Assembly (NCBI GenBank): GCA_024679065.1
Contig: JAGIQG010000013.1
Span: 53,568,001 to 53,632,000, forward strand
Length of the DNA stretch: 64,000 nt
Reading direction: 5' to 3'
Source of the DNA: Sphyrna mokarran
Taxonomy: Eukaryota
This document shows, one piece after another, positions 12,890-25,099 of this stretch (within the stretch, counting starts at the first letter, position 1; every line of letters starts with the position of its first letter). Under the pieces are notes generated by a model. The model saw only the letters and a program-made list of their open reading frames with translations. It was not told the DNA's origin and did no database searches. Both the position numbers and the translations under genes were made by a program.

Positions 12890-14280
12890 CTGAAACTTCA
12901 AAGACAGGACTCCTTTAGCAATATGTATTCATTAAATAACATTTTATCAGAATAAAATTTTGTGGAGCTTTCCACTAACACACAATTTCTATTAACACAA
13001 GCTGATTTTAAAAAAAGTTGCCCAAAGGAGACCACCTGATATTAAATCAAGCAGAATCATGTTTGAATTACACATCCCCAAACCTCAATATAACATTCTG
13101 ACAATACTACAAATTTGCTGTCGTTACATAAAAATGCTTTCTCTGTCAAAGGCTCACAATGATTCTGAAAGCGTTTCCCTATATCATATATCTAGATCCA
13201 CAAACAAATCATAACACTGCCAGAAATATTACAGTCAGCGCACTAAAACCCACTCAAAAGAAAACAAAATTGCTACTTAGATCTCCAAGATTATGGTTCA
13301 GCTTCTGATGCATCCAATTCCATTAGTTATTTGGTACTCTGAATCCTACAGATCAAGAACTTGCAAATTTATTAATGCAATCCTTTTGCAGTAAAATGTT
13401 TACAAATGCCCATCAGGATTAGTGTTATCACAGTTCTTTGGAAAGAAGGGAGGGCGATGTTTAATTAGATGTCAGTGATCACTCTATAATCTACACAATT
13501 GGCACTTTCCTCAAAGGCAAACTGTACTCATTTAAACTTTCATTTAATCTGAAGTGATAGAATGTTGCCTCAATCTCTCCATTGTTTCCACGATTTGTTT
13601 GTATTTTTTAAAAGCTGGTCAGTGATAATTGGGAATGCAAATTGAATGTTGAATTTCATACTGTCACAAATATCTGAAGATAACTGCATATAAAGTTCGA
13701 CTCCCAGGCTACAACTAACCACCAAAATTTAAAAAAAATGAATTCACCCCAAATCCTCTGTCATCACCTAATATGTAAACAAAGTGCTTTATGATGCAGC
13801 ACAGTTTCAAAGTGCTAATCAACCTCTTTTACCCTCGTAGAGACATGACTCACAACCATGATTTTCAGCAAGCTCTTTGACTACAGTCATCAAACCCAAG
13901 CTAAATCAAGTCAAATCACATTTTTCATTAAAGATCAGATAATAAGCAAGCAGAAATCAGAATGCATGGTTATCCAGATATTTCCTCTTCTTAGTCCAGA
14001 TGATCAGTGCTTAAATGCCTGACACCACCAGAACTGGACCCATTATAGGAATCCTTGACAAGCAAACTCTGGTCTTTCAGTTCCACAATGCTAACTTTGT
14101 CTGCAACCAACAAATGTGCGACATACAATTACTTCTCTGCATCAGCTGTTGGAAACTGCAACATGGCAATTCAACATTGTTCCAATCCTCAGAGCCTGGG
14201 AGCAGTTGCTGCCACCCCTTCAGAAGCTTAGGCATTGATATTGCACAGAATGACAAGAATGTATTCTCTGCCAAAATCAC

Positions 14281-14363
14281 CTCATTAGTTGTGAAAATAA
14301 ATATTTTGTTAAAAGATGGTGAATCTACCAAATTCTGCATTCTCCAGTTGTAAAGATTTAAAC
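14281..14363 (-). CDS. Candidate exon, 83 nt (may extend further 3')
   Basis: Acceptor acaacag|, donor GAG|gtgatt. The +1 path reads FKSLQLENAEFGRFTIF-NKIFIFTTNE. Confidence 0.5.
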
Positions 14364-14679
14364 CTGTTGTTTTACACTTTATTAAAGTACAACTAAATAG
14401 GCTGTTGAGCCACCAACTACATCACCCTCCTGTCCCCACCCAAACTTTATTGACTGTGTTCTGAAAACTGATCACTGCTACAATGGGAACATAAAACAGC
14501 TCTGTCTGGCCTCAGAGAAATGTCACTAATTGATCTGTCTTTCTGATCCTGCTGGAATTGTTTGCACACCCGTGAAGATTTTCAATGTACCATTCAATTC
14601 TCACCTGAAAAAACAAGCATCTGTCAGTTGAAGATTGTGATCGGCACTTGGCTACTCCATCAAATGGTCATAATTCTTT

Positions 14680-15030
14680 TAATCATTCATAGGATGTGGG
14701 CATTGCTGGCAAGCACAGCATTTGTTATCCATGCCTTTCAACGGAGTGGCTTGCTAGGCTATTTCATGGGTAGTTAAGAGTGAGTGACTTCGCTCTAGAT
14801 CTGAAGTCACATGTCAGTCAGACCAAGTAAATATGACAAATTTCTTTCACCTGAATGAACCAAATGGATTTCTATAACAAACAATAGTAATTTCATGATC
14901 ATCATTAGACTTTCAATTCCAGATATTTATTGGATTCAAATTTTAACATCTGCTATGGTGGGATTTGAACCAGGATCCCCAGAGCATTACCCTGGCTCCA
15001 GTGACAATACCACTGGGCCATTGCCTCCTT
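14680..15030 (-). mobile_element. tRNA-derived SINE (family 2)
   Basis: Reverse complement of the 7090-7490 element. Confidence 0.75.
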
Positions 15031-15109
15031 TTATCCTGTTTAATGCAATTTTTACATAGACTTGTAAAAAAGTATTTATCCTACAGGTGCTTTGGTCCAC
15101 CTTGTTGTC

Positions 15110-15396
15110 TAACGAGGGGCAAGAGATCTGGGTTCAATTCTGGCCTCAGGTGACTGTGTAGAGTTGGCACATTCTCCCCTGTCTGCGTGGATTTCCTCCG
15201 GGTGCCCCGGTTTCCTCCCACAGTCCAAAGATGTGCAGGGAGGTTGATTGGTCATGCTAAATTGCCACTTAGTGTCAGGGGGAGTAGGACGGTAAGTATA
15301 TGGGGTTGCAGGAATGGGACTGAATGGTACTGTTGTCAATGTAGTCTTGATGGGCCAAATGGCCTCCTTCTGCACTGTAGCTTCTATGATTCTATG
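15110..15396 (+). mobile_element. HE1-type V-SINE, 5' truncated
   Basis: V-domain and ttctatgattctatga tail. Confidence 0.9.
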
Positions 15397-16669
15397 AATT
15401 TGACTAATGCTCCCCTTTCCAAACCAGTCAGCAGTAAGGGGATGTCCATTTGATGCCTCCAGCTTCCATTCTCAAAATTTGCTCTCTTCAGGTGGCAGTG
15501 TGGATTGAGTTTACAAGTGAAATGCCACCACTCCACTGACTTCATTCCCATTTTGGGTACCAATCTAAATTGCCTAATTTGTGTGCATCCAATTAGCATA
15601 AGTGAGAATTTAGCTATAATATTTACAGTCAGATTGTGGACACTTTAATGTCAAAGCTTATCACAGGAGGGAACATCTTTAAAAAAAATTACCAGAGGAC
15701 AGCTGATCCTTGCACAGTCAGCACCTTCATGAATAATAGAGACAATTGGCACAGCAAAATTAATTAAACATCTCAAATCATGCAGACTCTGATGTGCCAA
15801 TATAATAAACTGTGAAAACACAATGTATCGCTGGAAGAACTAATACATGAAAATTACTGCTTAAGTTATGGCAAGTCAATATGTATGTTGTAAAGTCCTT
15901 TCAAAACCCCCCTGTAACAGTTATAGTGTTGACCAAGATACATAAAAAAAATTGACCTCATTCTGGTCTACAAAGTCACTTTTGGAAAGATGGACAACAT
16001 TTAGAAATGATATTTTTAAAAAACAGATATTCTGAGTTGTTCAGACATGAACCACAACCATAGATTCAGTTCATTCTGCCTTTAAATGTGTCCATGTGAG
16101 GAAGAGAAACTTCTTGCTCACAACTACATACAGCAAGTCACAAGGCGACTAATGAGCTCATTGCTACTAGTGAGCCAGTACCAACCATTCCCAGCCCCAT
16201 CTAATGTCCATTCCCCTCGCCAGTACAGGATTAACCACAGTCTCTGCACTATTCAGTAAAGACATTTTTTACATTCACCAACACTTCTACCCAAGGGATA
16301 ATGTTGGAGCTGGTCTCAGTGCTGCTCTCCACCTCCTGCACCACATCGTTCCCTGGCAACAGGTAACTGCTTGGAGATGAAGGTGAGCATGTTCAGTAAG
16401 ATAGTTTGTGTCAGGTTACAGGTTAAAGAATAAAAATATGTATATATTTCTTCATGGTTATCATCTAAGGATGGATTGAATGGGTGTTTGTGTGTGTCAG
16501 TCATTACCAGTGAAAGTATTGAAGCAAGTTTTGTTTTCCATCTTCTCCTCACTCATCGTGAATTAAATATCACAATCATCCACCCCCACCAGAAATGTGA
16601 GTAACATCGATGCATGCAGTTTAATCAATTATTCATATAAATTGAAGCACATCAAAGGAACTTGGAGGT

Positions 16670-17470
16670 TGTTGTTTTGACTGAGTTGTCAAACTGCTTG
16701 TCTAACAATCAACACAGGGTGAACTGAAATTTCCTTTAATGGAGGATGAAAAAGAGCATTGAAAGTCTTGGTGTGCTATGAAGCCTCGAAGTGAGCTTCT
16801 GACCATATATTTGCAATATCATTGAAGACTGCCTGTTTTCACCTCGGTAACATTGCCTGCCTCCACCCGAGACAGTTTGCCTGTGATGGAAATTCTCAAC
16901 TATGTTTTTATTACCTCTAGACTCGATTGTTCCAATGCACTCCTGGTCAACTTCACATGTTCTCCTCTTTGTACCTCTAGGTCATCCAAACGTGCTGTGC
17001 CAATTGTCTCTATTATTCATCCAAACCTCAGCTGCCCCTGTCCTGACCCACACCAAGTCCCAGTCACTCATTGCTGTTCAGCTCACTGGCCACCATTAGA
17101 TCCTGACTCAGCATCACTTCATTTTTGAAAATCTTGTACTTGTTTTCCAATCCTTTTATGGCCTTATCCCTCCTTTGTAATCTCCTCTCGCCCAATAATC
17201 CTCCAAGTTTCCTGTGCTCCTTTATTTCCAGCCTCTTGAGCATCGCAAACTCATTTATTTTACCATTGGTGGTTGTGCATTCAGCACCCTCCCTAAATCT
17301 TTCTGAATCTCTATTTCACTCTCTGCCATTAAAATGCTCCTTAAAAACTAACTCTTGGATCAAAATGCTGTTCTTTGCCCAAACACCAATGTGACTTGGC
17401 ATTAAATCCTGTTTGATAGTATTCCTGCGCAGCATCGTGGGATGTTTTACTGTACTAAAACAGCTACACA
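16670..17470 (+). mobile_element. L2-clade LINE 3' fragment
   Basis: FITSRLDCSNALL motif (ORF 16853), typical of the L2 ORF2 C-terminus. Confidence 0.75.
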
Positions 17471-17489
17471 AAAACTTCAGACTATAAAT

Positions 17490-17945
17490 TCTCTCCTTCA
17501 CCTTCACCTCATTTCCATTTATTTTATTTCATTCTGTTTCATCTCATTCATCCTTCTTTCTCATGTCTATTTTTCCACTTCTCACTCTCCATCTTCCCCT
17601 TTTCTGCACACCGCACCCCCCCCCCCCCCCCCCCTTACCGGGCACCTGCCTTAACAATTTGTATCTTTGTTCTGCCATGCACATATTATGATCATTTAAT
17701 GGACACTTTTAGCATCTATCTCAGCATTCTTCATCTTCACTTACATTCCCTTTGTCCAATTGTAGCCATCCCCTTCCTTCACACTCTTCTAATTTTCTTT
17801 GCTCTTAGCTTTGATGAAGGGTCACCTATGCTTGAAACACCGGCTCTTTTCTCTCTCCACAGATGCTGATAGACCTGCTAAGATTCTCCAGGACTTTTTG
17901 TTTTTTTTTTCAGATTTCCAGCATTTGCAGTATTTTGCTTTTATG
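17490..17945 (+). mobile_element. Penelope-like element terminal fragment
   Basis: tgatgaagggtca...tgaaac followed by ctctctccacagatgctg...agacctgct...tccagca; related inverted copy at 54360. Confidence 0.55.
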
Positions 17946-18960
17946 CTAATTGTTGATGTTGAGTTGTGCCCATGGAAAGTTTGCTAGTTCCTTTTATATT
18001 CCTCTAACATAGAGAAAGAGCAGGTCATGTGACCTTCAGCAGATTGGGGTTAGACACAAACATTGACATCACTTTCAGCACTGAATTTTGACAGAATCTC
18101 CTATTATTTTGCTCTGAACTTCATGGGGTGGAAGATATTCATGCCAATTAACAATAAATGTTTCATTTTTTTTGCACTGAAAATGATTGCTAAATTTTAA
18201 GTCGAAGCATGGTAAGTTCAAGACTGTTTGCATATTAGCTTTAGCACCCCACACTGCTGGAACTATTCTTGACACGTTTATTTCAAATGATTCAAAGCAT
18301 TATATAATAACATAAAATTAAATGTATTAATTTGTGATTAATGCAATGTGGCACTGTTGCATCGCCGTGCCTCATCTAATGTCTAAAGTAGTGCCGGCAA
18401 GCATTAATCAGAAATTAATGCTCATCATCTCTTTCATTATTGTTTCATTAAAGTTTATGCTCAATTAGAGGGCCTGCTGGTATTTCACTAATACATGGGT
18501 CAGATTAGACCCAAGCATAGAGTTCAGCTTTGCTGTAATGTGTCTTCTTTGATGTAGCAACACTGATCACCGACAAATTCTAATTTTAAAATATAATAAT
18601 AAAAGAAGAAAAAACTATGCAAGCTTTATTTCAGTTTAATAATGAAACAAATGCTAATGTGTAAATTGTCTTGCAAACTGCCAACTGACATGAATCAAGT
18701 TAGTAGTTACATTATTGCCCACATAGATAAACATTAAGTGTAATTTGTATTTTGGCAGGACCTCTTAGTATTTTATTACGTTTCTGGGAAACAATTTGAA
18801 CAAACAATAAATTTCACAAGGCGCATGTCACAAATTGCTGGCTACGTAATGCACAGTACAAGTAATGCTGACATTTTTACACAAATGCATGATTCTCAGG
18901 TTCATAAAAAGTAACACTTCTTCCATTAGCTGTAAGAAAAATACTCAGCGTACACCATAC

Positions 18961-19182
18961 ATCCCGCCTTTGTTCCTAATTTCGGAAGAGACTTTCACAC
19001 ACATTGCAATCCTACATGGAACTCGGACATCATCAGAAGTTCAATCTTGCCATTAGAATGATGATAATTCCTGATACTTCGAAATGGGAAATTGATTAGA
19101 GTGAGGCAAGATAAGATTTCATGAAGTAAATCCTTTCAATTTGCTTCAGTGTAGGTTAGAAAAGTAATCCATAGCTATTTCT
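18961..19182 (-). CDS. Candidate exon, 222 nt
   Basis: Acceptor ttttattcaatgtcag|, donor GAT|gtatgg. Four CpGs retained. Confidence 0.6.
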
Positions 19183-20006
19183 CTGACATTGAATAAAATA
19201 CAAACAAAACTGTTAAAATATCCCATGCTATTTGTAACTGCATTCGATCAGATAGGTCATCTGGAAGTGAAAAAGCCACATTTCATGTTATGTGAGAGAA
19301 AAAGCACTTCTACTCTGAAATCAATGCACAGAAAGACAATTCCTCATGCTGAAGAACATCTCAGGGCACTTAAAAAAGTCAACACATCTCATCTCTGAAT
19401 AAAAATAGAAAGTAAATCAGAGAACTAAATAAATAATAGAAAAGAGAAAAAGATTATGTGGCTGCCAATATTCTTAAAGTGTCTTCATAATGTATTCAAT
19501 AAATAGTGATCCAAATTGCACTAAGACCAGAAAAGTTTGTTATGTTGAAGAAAATGTTGAACCACTGCTCCATTTTTTAAGGTGCTGACAGAGTTGTTGG
19601 TATGAGAGGTTTAGTGTTTTGCAGTGATGTGGCGCAAGCTTCAAGTCAACATTGAACACAACAGAGATTCTACAAAAATTAAGAGTTCTAGATCTTAGGA
19701 GAGAATAAAGAGCCCCACTGATGGGTCTAGAATGAGAAAATCGGCAAACCATGAACAAAGTGTTAAAGAAAAATGACATGAAAAGCAGTTAAGTGAAGTA
19801 AAGGGATTTTGGTAAAAAGAAACAGAATGATATCAGGTTGTTTACTTTATATTGATACAATGCTGGCTGCTATTGTTTATAGGCAAATTTGGGGAATTTA
19901 AATCAGTTGCTTTGAAGTTTTTTGTTTTGTTATTTGTTCTATTATCAACACATCAAGCTCCTTAACTGGACAAGCAAAACATAGCAATACTCAGTTAGCG
20001 CCTTAC

Positions 20007-20304
20007 ACCCCGCTGGAAGCATCCACTGAGCTCTCCATATTGGGAGCATTCAATGTCTTGGGTGGTTGGTTAGCAGAATGCTTGGACATGCTTCCCTGCA
20101 GGTGATACAAGATCTCCACTTTATGTTAACATCTCAGCTTCAATAGCATAGAACTGTCCACCTGAAACAGGCACCTGGAGACAGTCAGTGTGGTTCTGTC
20201 TGATGTACCTTGAGCAGATTGGAAATCGCTTGTCAGCAGTCAGGGTGATTATTTGATGAGAGCAGAAGATGCTCCCAATAGTGATCCAAATATTATTTTT
20301 CACA
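20007..20304 (-). CDS. Candidate exon, 298 nt
   Basis: Acceptor tttcattctccttcag|, donor GGT|gtaagg. Contains ORF 20121-20303. Confidence 0.6.
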
Positions 20305-21325
20305 CTGAAGGAGAATGAAATCTACTCCCTAATTTTTATGATTACTTTAAAAATCTTGGCTCCACTTCTTCCACACCAGGTTATTGATCAAATGGAATAC
20401 TCAAGGCACATACTGTGTCCAATTTGAGAGTGACAGAGCTTGAGGATCGTTTATACATCATAGGATCCTAATTTTCTCATTTTTGTGAAATTCAAGGTGC
20501 CAGCACCCCAGGGAACAAAGTGCTGTTAAAATATTGTCAGCAGTAACCAATCAAGAATTGCACGCTTGGGTTTTAACTGCTTTTCCAGACAGTTTTCTTT
20601 AAAGCAGAGGGAGTTAAGTCTCCTCCTTATAATTGCCCTTTGAGACCACAGAGAAGCCGAGTTATAGAGAGGGAGCGATCACACTGACTCACACTTCATA
20701 TGGATTTTGTGTTAACTGCTGCACTGTAAACGATAAGTGATATGTTCAGGATACTAATGTATTAAGAAAGGTTTGTGCATGTAAGGGCAGGGATGCCCCA
20801 GATTGGTTTGAAGCTGATATATAAATGAATGATATCACTAATCACAGCTTAAATTAGTATATAATGAAATTTACTTCAAGGAAGCCATTGCTAATTATCT
20901 GTTGTACCAAACAATCTACAAAATTCATCAGTCCTAAGAACATTTTTTGATTTTAAGTGCATGAATAGATGACAAACAGATGAAATAGTGACAGCATGAG
21001 AAGGCAGTAACTGCAATTAAAGTGAAAACATGCTTTCCTCACTCACACACTTTATTTCTTTCCGTTTTCATGGGAAAAAAAAGATATATTCTGGTGCAAG
21101 TTCCAAAGTCAATGTGTAAATGAAAAAAATATTTTTTTTTCTCTCAAATCTCTATTTAGTGTAGCCCTTATTTTGTAATCCAGACTACTCAATGACACTC
21201 TGATTAGATAAATAAGCTGAAGAATTAAAGGCTGAATCTAAGTCATGCTGTTTTTCGTATCTGTCCGACACCTCAGTAATTAAACATGGTAATGAATAGT
21301 AATTAGCTTGTTAGCAGTCTCTTAC

Positions 21326-21647
21326 CCATCTCATCTCCTTCTATACTGTATCAAGGTTCCACTGTCACATTCTCATTCAATTCAACTCATCTAAACATTC
21401 ACCAGACTTAATATAAGCCTCTCCCAAAGGATTTTTGCACAATAAGATTTCCAGTGACTGGGTGTCTATCATGACAGCATGTTATTAGAATTTAATGTAC
21501 CAGTGCCAGATTGCTTAATATATCACTGGATTGTCGGGCATTAAGCTCCATAGTGTAGTGCACATTAAGGAAATCCTTTCTTTTATCAGGACGGGAGTAA
21601 ACATTTAACTTTCTGAATTTGTTTGTTATGGGGCAAAATGGAAAAAC
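21326..21647 (-). CDS. Candidate exon, 322 nt
   Basis: Acceptor ctctaaattatag|, donor TGG|gtaaga. First 51 codons open, then a dense stop cluster. Confidence 0.65.
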
Positions 21648-21743
21648 CTATAATTTAGAGGTAAGTCATAGCAACACTCCAAGGATGGAGCTCACAAGTA
21701 CAGGTCATATCAAGATTGATGCAGACTGATTCAGAAATCTGAC

Positions 21744-22498
21744 CTTTTCTTTCTTTTTTCCTCGATGGAATTCAGCGTTCTGTGCTTCAGAATAATGGCA
21801 AAATCTATAATGTTGCTGTGGGGTAGGGAGATAGGGAATTGGAGTTTGTTTAAAAATGAAGTTCTGCAATTTAATATGCCACACACCGTTTTCCATACAA
21901 GAGTAAAACATCTTCTCTACAATTATATAGTCAGTTCTGCTTGCAGATGTGGACCACTGTCAATTATAATTTGTTGTGTAAGCTATGCAGAGACTGTAAC
22001 AAATTAAAATGAGCCTTAAAAGTATATTCAATTTGCCAATAAGGTGACCTCTCATTAAAAGTAAACAGCAAATGACACTTGTGCTGGCTGCTGTATTAAT
22101 CAGGTAAAGGTCTTAGAGGGCAACCACACACAGTACATCACAAAGAGTCCTCTCATACACACAGTCTACTCTAGTTAACCACTGACTTTGAATTACTTGG
22201 ATCAATCTGCTCTGTCATTTAACCTGCACTGGGAAAGTGTGTGGCCAACAATATATCTACTGCCTACAGTTAAGTATGTCATTTTGAATTGTCTCCAATC
22301 TGTTCTGATACTTCCTATCCTTCAGCATTTAATGTGTTTAACCCTCAACTGCTCATGTCAGAAGCACTTTCATGTAACTGCTATTATTGACAGTATTCAT
22401 TATATTTTTATGCAGATGTCTGAACATTTTACTGCCAGAATTGCAGTCTGCATATTTTTTTTGTACGGGTATGTGCATAAAATGATGAAAGCCAAAAT
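21744..22498 (-). CDS. Candidate large exon (internal intron possible)
   Basis: Acceptor ttgttccaagcttag|, donor AAG|gtcaga. Covers ORFs 22353-22583 and 21705-21911. Confidence 0.5.
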
Positions 22499-22569
22499 CT
22501 AAGCTTGGAACAATGGATTTAGTTGATCCACATAACTGTCTTTGAGAAACTGGCAATAGATCTCCTTGA

Positions 22570-22880
22570 ACTACATTGTCCATGTGATGAAGGTGCTGTT
22601 GGGAAGGAAATTTAAGGTTTTTGATTCAACTACAATGAAGAACCAATGATATATATTCAAATCAGGAAAGTGTGTAACTTGGAGATGTAATATTTCCTTG
22701 TGCCTGCTGCAATTGTCCTTCCAGGTGGTGCAGCTTGTGTGTTTTGGAGCTTTGGGCAGTTGCTGTGATGCTAGTAGGTTGTACACTCAGTTGCTATGGT
22801 AAACCAGTGGTGGAGGAGTGGATGTTCAAATCAGGGCATGGATGACAATCATGCAGACCTATTTGTCCTGGTTTCCTCTG
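22570..22880 (-). mobile_element. LINE 3' fragment (same family as 40110 and 56305)
   Basis: Shared gtgctgtt.ggaagg...atatattc.aa.tcagga block. Confidence 0.6.
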
Positions 22881-23029
22881 CTTCAAAAACTCACAATATT
22901 CCTGTAGAATATGCAATGGTGTTCCCTTCAAATTCATCCTAAGGAAATACATTTCACACACTGACAATCCCCCAAGTAAATTCATTTTAAATCTTTTTCT
23001 TTGCTCTTTTATTGACATTTTAAAATGAC

Positions 23030-23290
23030 CACCCCTCATTACTCAATCACCCTGTTCACAATCAAAATTTTTTAGAATTTTGAATCTTAAATCTCCTGTT
23101 TTTGCCTCCAGTACATGAATGGAAATAATTCCAGTACCTGAAGATACCAATCCTGAGCACAATTTTAGTCAACCTACGTGGTATGCTCCCTTGAAATGTA
23201 ATGTTCTTTCTGTAATTGGACACCCAAAACTGCACCCAACACTCTAACTGCAATCTAACCAAGATTTGAACAGATTTATCATTATCTCCT
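23030..23290 (-). mobile_element. CR1 LINE fragment
   Basis: VRLQLECWVQFW matches the CR1 VRPHLEYCVQFWSP motif. Confidence 0.7.
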
Positions 23291-23457
23291 TACTGTTAAT
23301 GTGCTATTTATAAAAAGTATTGCCATTTTTAAGCTTTATCTAATTGATACTCTCTTAGGGAATTACATTCTTGAACAGGAAGGATTTTTGTTTACCCAAA
23401 TAATTCTTCATCATTCTTTTTTTTGTTTTCCAGAATAAAATATATTATTTCAGCAGT

Positions 23458-23900
23458 TTAGGTTTGACTCAGTTGACTGGACAGCTGGTTGTGATGCCAA
23501 CAGGACAGGTTCAATTCCCATATGGGGTTATTCATATAATCATGGAATTTACAGTACAGAAGGAGGCCATTTGACCCATCAAGCCTGCACCAACAACAAT
23601 CCCACCCTGATCCTATCCCTGCAACTCCATGTATTTACCCTGCTAATCCCCCTGCTAACAGGCAATTTGTCACGGCCAATCAACCTAACCCACACATCTT
23701 TGGACTGTGGGAGGAAATCAGAGCACCTGGAGGAAATCCATGCAGACTCCAAATAGTCAGCCAAGCCCGGAATTGGACCCAGGTCTCTGGCACTGTGAGC
23801 AGCAGTGCTAACCACTATGCCATCGTGCCCATGAAGATCTGCCTTCTCAATCTTGTCCCTTGCTTGAGATATGGTGATCCACAGGTTAAATCAGGTTAAA
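23458..23900 (+). mobile_element. tRNA-derived SINE (family 3) interrupted by an HE1 SINE
   Basis: Both halves match the intact copy at 38321-38560. Confidence 0.65.
23540..23830 (-). mobile_element. HE1-type V-SINE
   Basis: Reverse complement of the HE1 head, V-domain and tail. Confidence 0.9.
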
Positions 23901-24472
23901 CCCCCACCCCAAACCCCCAACCCTCCCCCCGCACCCAGCCATCCCCCACTTCATGGACTTCTCCATCAAAAGCCCAACCCTTCCCCAGCACTGCCCCATC
24001 AACTGCCCAGGCACTGCCTCCTGACATAAGGCCCTGCTGAAATTGCCAGGTAAAGTGCTAGTTCAGTGCTGGGGGCAGGGCTGGGGGGGCAGTGCCAGGG
24101 CACTTCAGATACTGACTGGGCGTAACCCTCTCACTCTCGTGTGCTATACATACCTGTGCACTGCAAGCGGGTATCGTATGCCAGGTCCCCAGTTCTCAAA
24201 AACTGCTGTAAACCCCACCAATGTACAGGTGGAGTGGGAGTAGGGGCTTCCCTAACATAAGAATGACACATCAGGGAAGCCCACGAACGGTATGTAAACG
24301 TATAGTAAAGGGGTTCTGACCTATCATGGCATGACCCCATTATGTCATAGGGTTGGGCTGGGACAATAAGAGTGAGAAATTCTGTTGATGTAAAACCCAT
24401 TTGGAGATTCCCATTGTACTCTCTGCCCTACTGCCATTCTTGCCCACTGGAAATGCGGGTAGAGAATCCCAC
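23900..24472. mobile_element. GC-rich non-autonomous DNA element fragment
   Basis: Ends in gagaatccc like the TIR of 50602-51609; internal hairpin-like ggcactgcc/ggcagtgcc motifs. Confidence 0.45.
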
Positions 24473-24751
24473 TTAGGTCTTTAATATATATCAAGAGCAG
24501 TAATCCTAATATTGACTCCTGCAGGGCACCACTCTGTAATTTACTGTACTCTGAAAAATAGCCTTCACCGTTCCTCTCTGCTTTTGTCCTTTAGCTTTTT
24601 TTTATATATGTGCTGCAACTGGCTCTTTAATTCCATCAGCTTTAATTCCACTAGCAATTTGGCAGTCTCTCGGATGCCTTTTGAAATCCATACACAAAAC
24701 ATCAGTGACATTAGTCCTACCCCTGCCACAGTCCTGAAACAACTCTCACTG

Positions 24752-25095
24752 ATGGTGTAGCGATGTTGTCACTGGATTTGTAATCCAGAGATCCAGGGCA
24801 ATGCTCCAGGGACCTGAGTTTGAATCCCACCATAGCAGACGTTGGAAAGTTAAATTCAATAAAAGTCTGGAATTAAAAGTTTTAACGATGACCACAAAAT
24901 CATTGTCAGTTGCTACTAAAACCTATCCTCACCATTCTGGCCTATATGTGACTTCAGACCTAAAGCAATGTGATTGACTCTTAAATATCCTCTGAAATGA
25001 TTGAGTAAGCCACTCAGTTCAAGGGCATTTAGGGATGGGAAATAAATGCTGGTCCAGCCAGCGATCTCACATCCCATGAATGATTTTTTTAAAAA
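24752..25095 (+). mobile_element. tRNA-derived SINE (family 2)
   Basis: Homologous to 7090-7490. Confidence 0.8.
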
Positions 25096-25099
25096 GTCA

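Noticed and set aside
12185-15453. ORF-track peptides such as MVTQWLALL... and MDFLRVPRFPPTVQRC...
   Set aside because: Translations of HE1 SINE copies, not genes.
1-22498. A single fixed frame with stops restored to Gln/Arg (U-to-C editing or readthrough)
   Set aside because: Attractive at first, but all three fixed frames look protein-like in patches and phase consistency is automatic when a frame is propagated. The long open stretches fall in different frames. Not excluded, but less favoured than +1 shifts.
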